Source: Ostreococcus tauri (taxonomy: Eukaryota). Taken from it: 32,000 nucleotides of DNA. Under the pieces are notes generated by a model. The model was not told the DNA's origin, did no database searches, and saw only the letters and a program-made list of their open reading frames with translations. Below, piece by piece: positions 8,198 through 17,393 of the stretch (position 1 is its first letter; each line of letters begins with the position of its first letter). The stretch is from positions 84,641-116,640 of the forward strand of contig CAID01000020.2 of NCBI GenBank assembly GCA_000214015.2, in the 5' to 3' direction. Position numbers and translations under genes: made by a program.

Positions 8198-10042
8198 ATG
8201 GCGACCCCCCCGCCGCCGCCACCGCACACGTCGACGCCGATGGCGACGACGCCGCGCGCGTGGACGACCACCGCGAGCGCCCGCGCGCGCGCGCGATCGA
8301 CCGCCGATCTCGCTCGCGCGCGCGCGCGTCCACGACCGACGCGCGAGACGGTGGTGCGCGCGCGAGACGGGAATGATGATGACGACGACGACACCGATGG
8401 GGGCGTCGACGCGCCCTCGCGAAAGGTCTACGTCGAGACCTACGGGTGCCAGATGAACGTGAACGACACCGAGGTCATGCTCGAGGTGTTACGCGCGCGT
8501 GGGTACGACGAGACCACGGAGGCGACGTCGGCGGATGTGATTTTGATCAACACGTGCGCGATTCGGGACAAGGCGGAGGCGAAGATTTGGCAGCGCTTGG
8601 CGTATTTTCGATCGATCGGTTCGATGAAGAAACGTCGCGCGCGACCGGTCGTCGGGGTGTTGGGGTGCATGGCGGAGCGGGTGAAGGAAAAGTTGCTCGA
8701 GGCGGATCGATTGGCGGACATCGTGGCGGGGCCGGATGCGTATCGGGACTTGCCGAATCTCATCGACGCCGTGCGCGGGACGGGGGCGAAGGCGATGAAC
8801 GTGCAGTTGTCGGTGGAGGAGACGTACGCGGATATTATTCCGGTGCGAGAGGTTGGTACGCATTCGGCGTTCGTGACGATTATGCGTGGGTGCGATAACG
8901 CGTGCGCGTTTTGCATCGTGCCGTACACGCGCGGACGCGAACGGTCGAGAGATTTGGCGAGCATCATGTACGAGATTCGTTCGTTGAGCGAACGAGGGAT
9001 CAAGGAGGTGACGTTGTTGGGGCAAAACGTCAACTCGTACGCGGGAGACGTCACGAGCGCGACGACGAGGGATTTCTTGAGTCAGCTCGTGGGGGAAGAC
9101 GTGGACGCGGTGGAACTCGTCGCCAACGCGTCGAGCGCCGGTTTGGCCGGCGCGCAGGGCTCAGCCTTCGTCGGCTACGCCGATGGGTTCAAGTCTCGGT
9201 ACGATCCCGAGCGTAAGCGCGAGGGCACGATTCAGTTTGCCGAATTGCTCGACAAGGTGGCGAGCGTCGATCCGGAGATGCGCATTCGATTCACGTCGCC
9301 GCATCCGAAAGATTTCCCGGATGACGTCCTCAGAGTGATTCGCGATCGGCCGAACGTGTCGAAGTGCTTACACATGCCCGCACAGAGCGGTTCGACCGCG
9401 ACGCTCGAGCGAATGGCGCGGGGGTACACCAGAGAGGCGTACATCGAGCTCATCGATCGCGTCAGGATGATCATTCCCGGATGCGCGGTGACGACGGATA
9501 TCATCTCCGGCTTTTGCGGTGAGACCGAGGCGGATCACGAAGACACGGTGAGCTTGATGACGAGAATCGGGTACGAGCAAGCCTTCATGTTCGCCTACTC
9601 CGAGCGCGAGGGCACTGGCGCGCACAGGCATCAAAAGGATGACGTTCCCGAGGATGTCAAGCAGCGGCGATTGCAAGAGGTCATCGACGCCTTCCGCGCC
9701 AAGGCGGGCGAAAAGCAGCGCATGGAGATCGGCTCCACGCACTGCGTCTTAGTCGAGGGTCCGAGTAAGAAGAACCCGGAGGAGCTCACGGGTAAGACGG
9801 ACACGTCGAAGTGGGTGATTTTTGACGACGCGCCGACGGGGTCGTACGCGGGCGACGCGCGCTCGGCGACGACGGGGTCGCATCGCGTGTCTCCGGGCGA
9901 TTACGTCGCCGTGCGAGTCACCGGATGCAGCACTGGTACTTTATTCGGTGAATTACTGGGAAAGACCACGCTTACGGAGTTTCAAAGACTCCACGGCGCG
10001 CAGTGGACGACGCCCGCCGAGGCCGTCGCCGCCGCGCGTTAA
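8198..10042 (+). CDS. Radical-SAM methylthiotransferase of the MiaB/CDK5RAP1 family (tRNA ms2i6A37 synthesis) with an organellar-type presequence
   Basis: KVYVETYGCQMNVNDTEVM (N-terminal MTTase domain). VTIMRGCDNACAFCIVPYTRGRERSR (CxxxCxxC radical-SAM cluster). EVTLLGQNVNSY, VDPEMRIRFTSPHPKDFPDDVL and HMPAQSGS...GFCGETEADHEDTVSLM closely follow the CDK5RAP1 pattern. There is a TRAM-like C-terminus (YVAVRVTGCSTGTLFGE). Confidence 0.9.
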   Translation: MATPPPPPPHTSTPMATTPRAWTTTASARARARSTADLARARARPRPTRETVVRARDGNDDDDDDTDGGVDAPSRKVYVETYGCQMNVNDTEVMLEVLRARGYDETTEATSADVILINTCAIRDKAEAKIWQRLAYFRSIGSMKKRRARPVVGVLGCMAERVKEKLLEADRLADIVAGPDAYRDLPNLIDAVRGTGAKAMNVQLSVEETYADIIPVREVGTHSAFVTIMRGCDNACAFCIVPYTRGRERSRDLASIMYEIRSLSERGIKEVTLLGQNVNSYAGDVTSATTRDFLSQLVGEDVDAVELVANASSAGLAGAQGSAFVGYADGFKSRYDPERKREGTIQFAELLDKVASVDPEMRIRFTSPHPKDFPDDVLRVIRDRPNVSKCLHMPAQSGSTATLERMARGYTREAYIELIDRVRMIIPGCAVTTDIISGFCGETEADHEDTVSLMTRIGYEQAFMFAYSEREGTGAHRHQKDDVPEDVKQRRLQEVIDAFRAKAGEKQRMEIGSTHCVLVEGPSKKNPEELTGKTDTSKWVIFDDAPTGSYAGDARSATTGSHRVSPGDYVAVRVTGCSTGTLFGELLGKTTLTEFQRLHGAQWTTPAEAVAAAR

Positions 10043-10137
10043 AAATCGCGCAGTCAGAATGTCGTCACCCATTCATTTCATTCGTTCAGCTCGCTTTATT
10101 ATAATACTACTACAAAAAGATTCAGCTAAAACCACGC

Positions 10138-12045
10138 TCATCGATGCGATTCGAGCTCGCTCCTCACGTCCTCGTCCACGGTTTCGGCGTCCAGGTCGAC
10201 GACGCACGTGACGTGGAACGGACCGCGTTGACCCGTGCGCGCCGTTCTTCCGCACCGGTGTAAAAACATCTCCATCGACGGCGCCGCGCCGTACTGCGCG
10301 ACGTGATGTAAGTCTGGAAAGTCGATTCCACGAGCGGCGAGATCGGTGCAGACGCAAACTTTGAGATCTCCTGCGATGAAATCGTCCAACACCACGCCCC
10401 GTTCCTTCGCTCTGCCGTGAAACGCGAGCGCGACGACGTCGCGGGCGTCCAATTTCCCCACGAGCTCGTCCGCATCCTCGGGTGAGTTGGCGAAGATTAG
10501 TGTTTTATACGCCTTGTGACGATTCAAAGCGTCGCACAGGGATTCGAACTTTGCGTCGTCCCCTCGAACGTCGTCGACGCGCACGTCGAGCTGCGGATGC
10601 ACGCGACCGAACCGCGCGGTGGACACCCACTCAACCTCACCCGGAAACGTCTCCAAAAGAGGTTGGGCCTCGCGCATCGTCGCAGCGGCAAATATGTACT
10701 GAACCTTGGTGTCGAATCGGTTGATCCCATTCTCGCCGTAGGAGAGTTTGATGATCTCCCCGACGTCGCTCGCGAAACCGCTCGATAACATTTCATCCGC
10801 CTCGTCCACGACGACGTGACGCAATCGTCCGAGCAACACCCACTCATCCTTGATGAGTTTTAGCAATCGCGCGGGCGTACACACTAAGACATCGGCGTTT
10901 CGAAACTCCGGAATCGCCTCCTCGTCGCCTTGAAGCTTGGACTTGTTCGCGGTTGTCGCCAATGCGGATTTCTTCATACCCTTCGTCTTCGACGACGTCT
11001 TCTTCACCCCCTTGGGCGCCGGTCTGACCAGTTTCTTCTCCTTGCCGAGCAACGCGAACACGTTTGGTGTGTAATATCCACTCTTGATCGCGTCGTCACT
11101 CATCGTGCACCAAAACGCCGCGAGCTCCGCGGCGTGCGTGACTTGCCTCCCGAGCTCGACGCTCGGAACCAAGACGACGCACGCCGGGCAGCATCGTCCA
11201 CTTCGCTTCGATCCCTTCCTCCCCGGCGCACTCACGGACGCCATCGTGGGTAACAGGTACGCGAACGTCTTCCCGCTCCCCGTCTCAGCCAATATCGCCA
11301 CGTTCTTGCCTTCCATCAACGGCGGCGTCGCCAATCGCTGAATCTCCGTCGTTCGTCGCAACCCCGCGGACCGAGCCGCGTCCGCGAGATGCGCGGGAAT
11401 CCCCACGCGGGCAAACCCAGTCGCGGACGCATCGAGCGCATCATTCAATCCACCGTCGTCGCCGTACGAAGACCGTCGATGCGTCGAATCGATCCGCGCC
11501 GCGTTCTTTTCATCCTCCCGTCGCCATCGCGCGAGCTCCCACGGCCGCGCGTCCCCTCGCCGATACGCGCTCCGTCGCCCCCCACCCCCCGTCGTCGCCG
11601 TCGCACCATCAGTATCGTCATCTTCTTCCCCCATCAATCGCGCCCATCCGCGTAAATCGTCGTCGGCGCGCCAATAGCCGTCGTCTCGCCGCCGCGCGTC
11701 CCGAACCGTCGCCCTGTACAACGTCTCCGCGCTCACCGCGCGATCACGCCCGTTTTCTCCCCTCTCCCCCCCCGGCGCGCGTCTCGCCAATCGCTCCATG
11801 CGCGCGTCACCGCTCGATGCCCACGACCGAGGCGCGGTCGACGCATCTTTGGATGATTTTTGTATCGAATCACCATCCTCTGGGAAAGCGCCATCGACAT
11901 CATCCTCCCCAGACGCCCTCGCGCGCGTCCGAATCGTCCTCGTCGGTCGACGCGACGATCGAGGACATTTATGCGGACGCACGGGCGACGCACGGGGGCG
12001 AACCGAGGCTCGCGGCGGCATCGACGGCGTCGCCATGTCGCGCAT
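10138..12045 (-). CDS. DEAD-box ATP-dependent RNA helicase
   Basis: Q-motif region TEIQRLATPPL. Motif I AETGSGKT. Motif II VVDEADEM. Motif III variant AAAT. Motif VI HRCGRTARTG. The track ORF starts at a GTG (12072). The first in-frame ATGs are 12045 and 12036. Confidence 0.9.
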   Translation of the reverse strand: MRDMATPSMPPRASVRPRASPVRPHKCPRSSRRPTRTIRTRARASGEDDVDGAFPEDGDSIQKSSKDASTAPRSWASSGDARMERLARRAPGGERGENGRDRAVSAETLYRATVRDARRRDDGYWRADDDLRGWARLMGEEDDDTDGATATTGGGGRRSAYRRGDARPWELARWRREDEKNAARIDSTHRRSSYGDDGGLNDALDASATGFARVGIPAHLADAARSAGLRRTTEIQRLATPPLMEGKNVAILAETGSGKTFAYLLPTMASVSAPGRKGSKRSGRCCPACVVLVPSVELGRQVTHAAELAAFWCTMSDDAIKSGYYTPNVFALLGKEKKLVRPAPKGVKKTSSKTKGMKKSALATTANKSKLQGDEEAIPEFRNADVLVCTPARLLKLIKDEWVLLGRLRHVVVDEADEMLSSGFASDVGEIIKLSYGENGINRFDTKVQYIFAAATMREAQPLLETFPGEVEWVSTARFGRVHPQLDVRVDDVRGDDAKFESLCDALNRHKAYKTLIFANSPEDADELVGKLDARDVVALAFHGRAKERGVVLDDFIAGDLKVCVCTDLAARGIDFPDLHHVAQYGAAPSMEMFLHRCGRTARTGQRGPFHVTCVVDLDAETVDEDVRSELESHR

Positions 12046-12494
12046 TCGCGATGGCGGCGTGGTGTGTGTCACGACATACGCCTATTTGTATCAGTATACG
12101 ACGTGTCGTACACAGTGTATATTCGAGCGATGTCGTCACACACGTCGACGTCGACGCTTTTATGCGTACTGTGTTCTATATATAGATGGATCGAACGCCG
12201 ATGTGCGTCGCGTGTGTGTCGCACCGTCGGACATCTGGGTCATCCGTGTGTGTGATATATCGGACATCCGGGACGTATTGCGATCGACGTGAAATCTATG
12301 TGATGACCCGAGGACGCGTTCGTGGGCGACGCCGGGAGGTTTTAGGGTCACGCGCGACGGACGACCCCTCATCTCGCGCCGCGCCACGCGACGCGACCGC
12401 ACGCGGCGGGTACACACGGCGCCACGCGCACCGTCGACGCATTCACCGCGGTTTCGACCACGCGCGCGCGTCGCACGACGACGGACGAAGGATC

Positions 12495-13323
12495 ATGCAC
12501 GCGATGTCGAGCGCGTCGACGATGCGCGTGTCCACCGCGCGGGGGGGGGCGCTCGGCGCCAAGCGCGCGGTGTCGAGCGCGCGGGCGCTCCGCGCGCGGG
12601 TGGATATGTCCGCCGCGGTGTCGTTCACGCGCGAGCGCGCGGCGGTCGTCGCGAGCGCGACGAAGCGCGCGACGTCGTACGCGCACACCAATCGTAAGGG
12701 TTTGGCTGCATTCGTCGAGCGCGCGTCGGCGAAGCAGATGAAGGGGGATTTGATCCCGTTTCGAGTCGGGATGACGCTGAAAGTGGGCGTCACCGTCGCG
12801 GAAGGGAACAAGACGCGGGTGCAGCCGTACGAGGGGGTGGTGATCGCGATTCACCGCGCCGGGGTGGCGACGACGGTGACGGTGCGAAAGACGATGCAAG
12901 GGTTCGGCGTCGAGCGCGTGTTCCCGGTGCACTCGCCGTTGTGCACGTTCGAGGAGATTCGCGGTGCCGGTAAGCCGGTGGTACGTCATTTTATTTCGTC
13001 GATGCTCGAACGCGACGATGGGTCGGACGAGGCGCGAGTTCGGGGGGTGGGGCGTCGCGCGACGCGCGACGCCCGCCCCTCCGTCGAGCGTCGTCGTCGA
13101 GCGCGCGCGATGTCTCCACCGCGCGCGATCGAAACCATCGCTCGATCGCGTCATGGTCTCTTCGTTTTCTCGATTTCACAGACTGACGATGCGCGCGCGC
13201 CGCCGTTTCTCGCACCCATCACAGGTTCGTCGCGCCAAGCTCTTCTACCTGCGCAAGCTCGTCGGGAAGCAAGCGAGACTCAAGACTCGCTTCGTCGCCA
13301 AGAAGGACCAGGCGAAGAAGTGA
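12495..13323 (+). CDS. Organellar (bacterial-type) ribosomal protein bL19, two exons: join(12495..12980,13225..13323)
   Basis: Exon 1 encodes a presequence, then MKGDLIPFRVGMTLKVGVTVAEGNKTRVQPYEGVVIAIHRAGVATTVTVRKTMQGFGVERVFPVHSPLCTFEEIRGAGKPV. The missing conserved end VRRAKLFYLRKLVGKQARLKTRF...* lies in a different frame at 13225-13323. The join restores the L19 pattern (compare E. coli ...[44 protein letters not shown]). The start codon is the least certain part. Confidence 0.85.
12981..13224 (+). other. Spliceosomal intron of the bL19 gene (244 nt)
   Basis: Donor GTACGT at 12981; the alternative GTGGTA at 12978 is also in phase. Branch motif cagACTGACg at 13182-13187. Acceptor atcacAG at 13223-13224. 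Length is 1 mod 3, as the frame change requires. Confidence 0.75.
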
Positions 13324-13494
13324 GCGCGACGCGTCGTCGCGTTGGATCATCATCACGAATAGTAGCGAGCAGTCGACATTTAATTCATCGAACATCATCG
13401 TTCAATCGACCCGCGCCGCCGTCGCGCCGCGAATACGGAGCTAAACCCAACGCGGTTCGTCCCGCCGCACGCCTCGACGCCCCACGCGTGGACG

Positions 13495-14192
13495 ATGACG
13501 GTCACCCTGCGATCGAGCGACGACGAAACCTTCGTCGTCGACGACGACGTCGCCTTGTGCGTCGCGCGACGCCCGCGGAGAGACGCGCGCGCAGAGACGC
13601 GTCGATCGCGAGATTTCTTTGACCGCGCGATTCCGAACGACACACTGACGTCAACGCGCGCGCGCGAATCGCAGTCTGAGCGAAACGATTAAGAGCATCA
13701 TCGAGGGTGCGCGCGACGGGCGCGATGGCGTAAACGGCGCGAAGCGTGGAGGATGCGCGGGATGATTAGCCGCGGCGAACGCGCGGACGCGAGACGCGAC
13801 GCGAACGATGAAAGACTGACGGTGTTCGCGACGCAGACACCGAGGACGAGAGCATGGTCCCGCTCCCGAACGTTTCGTCGAAAATCTTGGCGAAAGTGAT
13901 CGAGTACGCAAAGTTTCACGTGGACGCGAAAAAGGCGAACGAGGCGGAGGCGAAGATCAAAGAGTTCAATACCGAATTCGTCAAGGTGGACCAGGCGACG
14001 CTGTTTGAGATCATTCTGGCGGCGAATTACTTGAACATGAAAGGCTTGCTCGACTTGACGTGCATGACGGTGGCGAACATGATGAAAGGGAAGACGCCGG
14101 AGGAGATTCGAAAGACGTTTAACATCAAGAATGACTTCACGCCGGAGGAGGAGGAAGAAGTGCGGAAGGAGAACCAGTGGGCGTTCGATTAG
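13495..14192 (+). CDS. SKP1: SKP1 (SCF ubiquitin-ligase adaptor), three exons: join(13495..13556,13676..13707,13837..14192), 149 aa
   Basis: Spliced product: [59 protein letters not shown]...[32 protein letters not shown]. It is collinear, with no gap, with plant SKP1 (...[43 protein letters not shown]...). Exon lengths 62+32+356 = 450 nt. Confidence 0.9.
13557..13675 (+). other. SKP1 intron 1 (119 nt)
   Basis: Donor GTGCGT, branch cacACTGACg at 13644-13649, acceptor cgcAG at 13674-13675. Phase 2: tt|t gives Phe. Confidence 0.85.
13708..13836 (+). other. SKP1 intron 2 (129 nt)
   Basis: Donor GTGCGC, branch aagACTGACg at 13815-13820, acceptor cgcAG at 13835-13836. Phase 1: g|ac gives Asp. 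Confidence 0.85.
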
Positions 14193-14463
14193 GTCGACTC
14201 GCGAAGGTGGTGATTGATGATGACGATTTAGACGAGAGCGTTGGACGATGGAGGAGGAACTCTCGAAAATATGTACACGAGGACGACGTCGCGCGACGAG
14301 GTGGGTTTTTTCGCGACGAAGGCGACGCGCGCGCGCGGGGGACGATGTAGCGTCACCTTGGCGACGAATAATTTCGCGACGAATGAAACGAAACGAAACG
14401 GAAAGAGATTTTCTTTGACTTTATTTTTCATCACGACGGTTCGATCGACGACCGCTCGGACGT

Positions 14464-15756
14464 TCACCCGTCGAGGTACTCCACGGGATGCATCTCCGGA
14501 AGCTCTGGGAGTTCGATTTCAACCTCGATCGATTCCTCCTCCCCCTTGGCCGCGAACGACGTCACGGTGCACGTCCAGGGACCTTTAGCCGCGCGCACGT
14601 CATCCCCGCTCGACGCGAACGACGCGTCGCCGCTCGCTCGGATGCTCGCGATGGCTTTCATCGACACCTCGAACGCCTGAAGCTCGATGATAGCCGGACG
14701 AGAAATCTCGAGATTTTCACCATCGTCCACGACGTTCACCTTGAAAAACAACGGCCACAGAACGTTGTCTATCTCACCTTCACGCTCCACTAACGGCCAA
14801 GAACCGGCTTCGCCGTCGTCCAGGTCCTCGAACGGGGTCTCGTGCGCCGACGCGAAGGCGCACGTTTGGCCCATTTGCGGCCCGCTCTCGACGTCGACGT
14901 TCCCCTTACTCACCTCGAACGCCGCCTGCGACTGCGTCAAGGTTTTATGAACCACAAAACCAAAATCCTCTTCCTCCATCGATCCCTCGAACGCCACGAA
15001 CGCGGTGAGTCGCATCGCGACGTCGTCTCGAAGTTTCAACCGGTACGAAACCTTCACCGGCCGCCGACGCTCGAGCGCTCGATCGATATCACACTCCGCG
15101 AACGCCTTCGCCGCCTCGAACAACGACCTCCCGAACGCCATCGTGAACCCATCGACCGATGTGGACAACCCCGGGAGATGTCGCGTCCCCCACTCCTCCT
15201 CTACCCCCCCCCGCGCGTCCTCGGCGATTTTCGGCTCGACGCGTTCGCGAATCACCCGCGCGATCAACTCCTCCGGCACCGGCGCGAAACTCACGCTCTC
15301 AATCTCCGGAATCTCACGTTTCAACAACTCTCGACACTCCGCCACGTATCGACATCCATCGAACGTCGCCCACGCCTCCGGTTCGCCTCGCAACGCCCGC
15401 GCCGTGCGTCCGCACGCCACGCGAATCGTCCTCGGCGCCAATCCTCCCTCTCGGAACGTTTTCCCCTGCAGCGTCGCGTTCAGCGCCCGCGGTCGCTCGA
15501 CGCACTTCCGTATGAACGCCGCGACGTCTTCGGACGACGGTTCGTCCTCGTACACGTTCCCTCGGTCGTCCCCGTCGCGGGCGTGGGAGAGAAAGGTTCC
15601 GCCGTCCGGCTCGACGACCAAGATGAGGTACGGTCGCGATGGCTTCGCCTCCCCGCCCTCGAGCGCCGTCGACGCCGTCGCGGTCGTGATCCAGGCGCGG
15701 AGTTTGTGGACGTAGACGTGCCAACACCGCGGGCGCGCGGGCGCGTCGGTCGCCAT
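14464..15756 (-). CDS. Hypothetical protein (430 aa), family not recognised
   Basis: ATG at 15756 and a single long ORF of balanced composition (for example RPYLILVVEPDGGTFLSHARDGDDRGNVYEDEPSSEDVAAFIRKCVERP, ...NVLWPLFFKVNVVDDGENLEISRPAIIELQAFEVSMKAI...). The overlapping + ORFs are Arg/Ser/Pro-rich shadows. Confidence 0.6.
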   Translation of the reverse strand: MATDAPARPRCWHVYVHKLRAWITTATASTALEGGEAKPSRPYLILVVEPDGGTFLSHARDGDDRGNVYEDEPSSEDVAAFIRKCVERPRALNATLQGKTFREGGLAPRTIRVACGRTARALRGEPEAWATFDGCRYVAECRELLKREIPEIESVSFAPVPEELIARVIRERVEPKIAEDARGGVEEEWGTRHLPGLSTSVDGFTMAFGRSLFEAAKAFAECDIDRALERRRPVKVSYRLKLRDDVAMRLTAFVAFEGSMEEEDFGFVVHKTLTQSQAAFEVSKGNVDVESGPQMGQTCAFASAHETPFEDLDDGEAGSWPLVEREGEIDNVLWPLFFKVNVVDDGENLEISRPAIIELQAFEVSMKAIASIRASGDASFASSGDDVRAAKGPWTCTVTSFAAKGEEESIEVEIELPELPEMHPVEYLDG

Positions 15757-15793
15757 GGCGTCGCGATGTGTGGATAGGCTCCGCGGGTCTTCG

Positions 15794-15974
15794 TTTTCAT
15801 ACTATTATTCTACAACCGCATACGTCTCATGTGTCCGAGTATGTGATTTTATCTCTCTCGGGACACCACCAGGGTTATGGCTATATTTCTTTTTCATCCT
15901 ATTATTCTACACCCGCATACGTCCCATATGTCCGAGTACGTGATATATCTCTCTCTCCGGACCCCACCAGGGTT
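15794..15974. repeat. Tandem duplication (97-bp period, 2 copies) of an AT-rich promoter module
   Basis: Copy 1 (15794-15876) is ttttcatactattattctacaaccgcatacgtctcatgtgtccgagtatgtgattttatctctctcgggacaccaccagggtt. Copy 2 (15891-15974) is ttttcatcctattattctacacccgcatacgtcccatatgtccgagtacgtgatatatctctctctccggaccccaccagggtt. Confidence 0.9.
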
Positions 15975-16197
15975 GGGCGACGCACGTTTACGTCGTCGAC
16001 ACATCGCGCGGACGCGTATACGAGGCCTGTGTACGACCATGTATACACTCGCTCGGTGCGTACACGCACACGACACCGCGCGGACGATGAAATGACCCCC
16101 AGAGCGCGCCCGGGCGCGTCGACGCCCGCGAGGTCCCGTCGCGTCGACGTCGACGACGTCCCGCGCGCCCGCGAACGACGCGCGCGGCGGTCGAGGG

Positions 16198-17262
16198 ATG
16201 GCGGCGCGCGCGTGGGATGGATGGACGTGTGGAGGGACACGACGACGAGTCACGACTCGTCGATGGCACCATTCGACGCGCACGACGCGCGCGACCGCCG
16301 ACGACGCGTCGACGACGGCCGACGACGGCGACGCGACGGCGATGCATGATCACGGATTCTCCACGGATGGGAAAAATCGCGCGTACGCGGCGTCGATGGA
16401 TGCGGATGCGTCTCGGCGGCGTCTCGGCGACGCGCGGGCGACGTACGCGATGACGATTTCGTACGACGGGACGAATTATAAGGGGTTTCAACGCCAAGGC
16501 GCGGACGTGGCGAGCGTGCAACGCGAGCTCGAGCGGTGTTTGACGCGGTTGACGGGTGAGGGGCGGGACGCGTTGCGATTGGGTGGGAGCGGGCGGACGG
16601 ATGGCGGCGTCCACGCGCGCGGGCAAGTGGTGCACTTTTATAGCGAGAAGGATTGGCGCTCGGCGGAGGATTTCGCGCGGTGCGTCAAGGCGATGAATGG
16701 GATGTTACCTCGAGACGTGCGGTGCGAGCGGTTTTGGCGGCCGCACCCGGCGTTTCACGCGAGGTTTCACGCGACGCGGAAGACGTACGCGTATTACGTC
16801 GACGCGCGGTCGCCGCACGACGTCTTCGCGCGGGCGTACGCGTGTCAGTGCGGCTGGCGCGCGTGTGACGTCGACGCACTACGTCGAGCGTGTCAATATT
16901 TCGTCGGGACGCGAGATTTTCGCGCGTTCGCCAACACGTCCAGGGATAAACCGACGTCGGACGAGGATTTGAACACCACGCGAACCATCTTCCGCTTCGA
17001 CGTCTTCGAGCAAGCGGACGGGTTGATCCGGCTCGAGTGCGAGGGCGACGGGTTTTTGTATAGGCAAGTTCGCAACATGGTCGGCGCCGCGCTCGTCGTC
17101 GCGAGCGGACGGGAGAAACCGGAGTGGATTCTTGATTTATTAGCGTCGGGCGACAGACGCCGCGTCCCGACGGCGGCGCCGGCGCGCGGGTTGTTTCTCC
17201 AATCCGTCGAGTATCCAGACTCGGTGAAGCCGATGTCGTTTACCGACGTCGATGTAATGTAA
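16198..17262 (+). CDS. tRNA pseudouridine synthase, TruA/PUS1 family
   Basis: YAMTISYDGTNYKGFQRQ. Catalytic-Asp motif GSGRTDGGVHARGQVVHF. GFLYRQVRNMVG. APARGLFL near the C-terminus. The N-terminal ~70 aa are Arg/Asp-rich, so a downstream ATG start is possible. Confidence 0.88.
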   Translation: MAARAWDGWTCGGTRRRVTTRRWHHSTRTTRATADDASTTADDGDATAMHDHGFSTDGKNRAYAASMDADASRRRLGDARATYAMTISYDGTNYKGFQRQGADVASVQRELERCLTRLTGEGRDALRLGGSGRTDGGVHARGQVVHFYSEKDWRSAEDFARCVKAMNGMLPRDVRCERFWRPHPAFHARFHATRKTYAYYVDARSPHDVFARAYACQCGWRACDVDALRRACQYFVGTRDFRAFANTSRDKPTSDEDLNTTRTIFRFDVFEQADGLIRLECEGDGFLYRQVRNMVGAALVVASGREKPEWILDLLASGDRRRVPTAAPARGLFLQSVEYPDSVKPMSFTDVDVM

Positions 17263-17393
17263 ATCGATCGCGGCGCTCGTCGTTTCGCGCGCTTTCGCGT
17301 CGTTCGACGCCCTCGACGGTTTCCGCGCGCGAAAAAATCCAACCTCTGAGAAATCTTTCATAAACCGCACTGTGCGGCGCGTTGTGGCGCGTC

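Noticed and set aside
12186-12494. The long N-terminal extension of the bL19 ORF. The same issue applies to 317-586 (MFS), 2566-2847 (oxidoreductase), 12046-12072 (helicase), 20359-20424 (bestrophin) and 23109-23114 (kinase).
   Set aside because: The ORF track allows non-ATG starts (GTG/TTG), and these extensions are Arg-rich or AT-island-derived. I used the first in-frame ATG that precedes recognisable protein sequence. These start sites remain the least certain part of each gene model.
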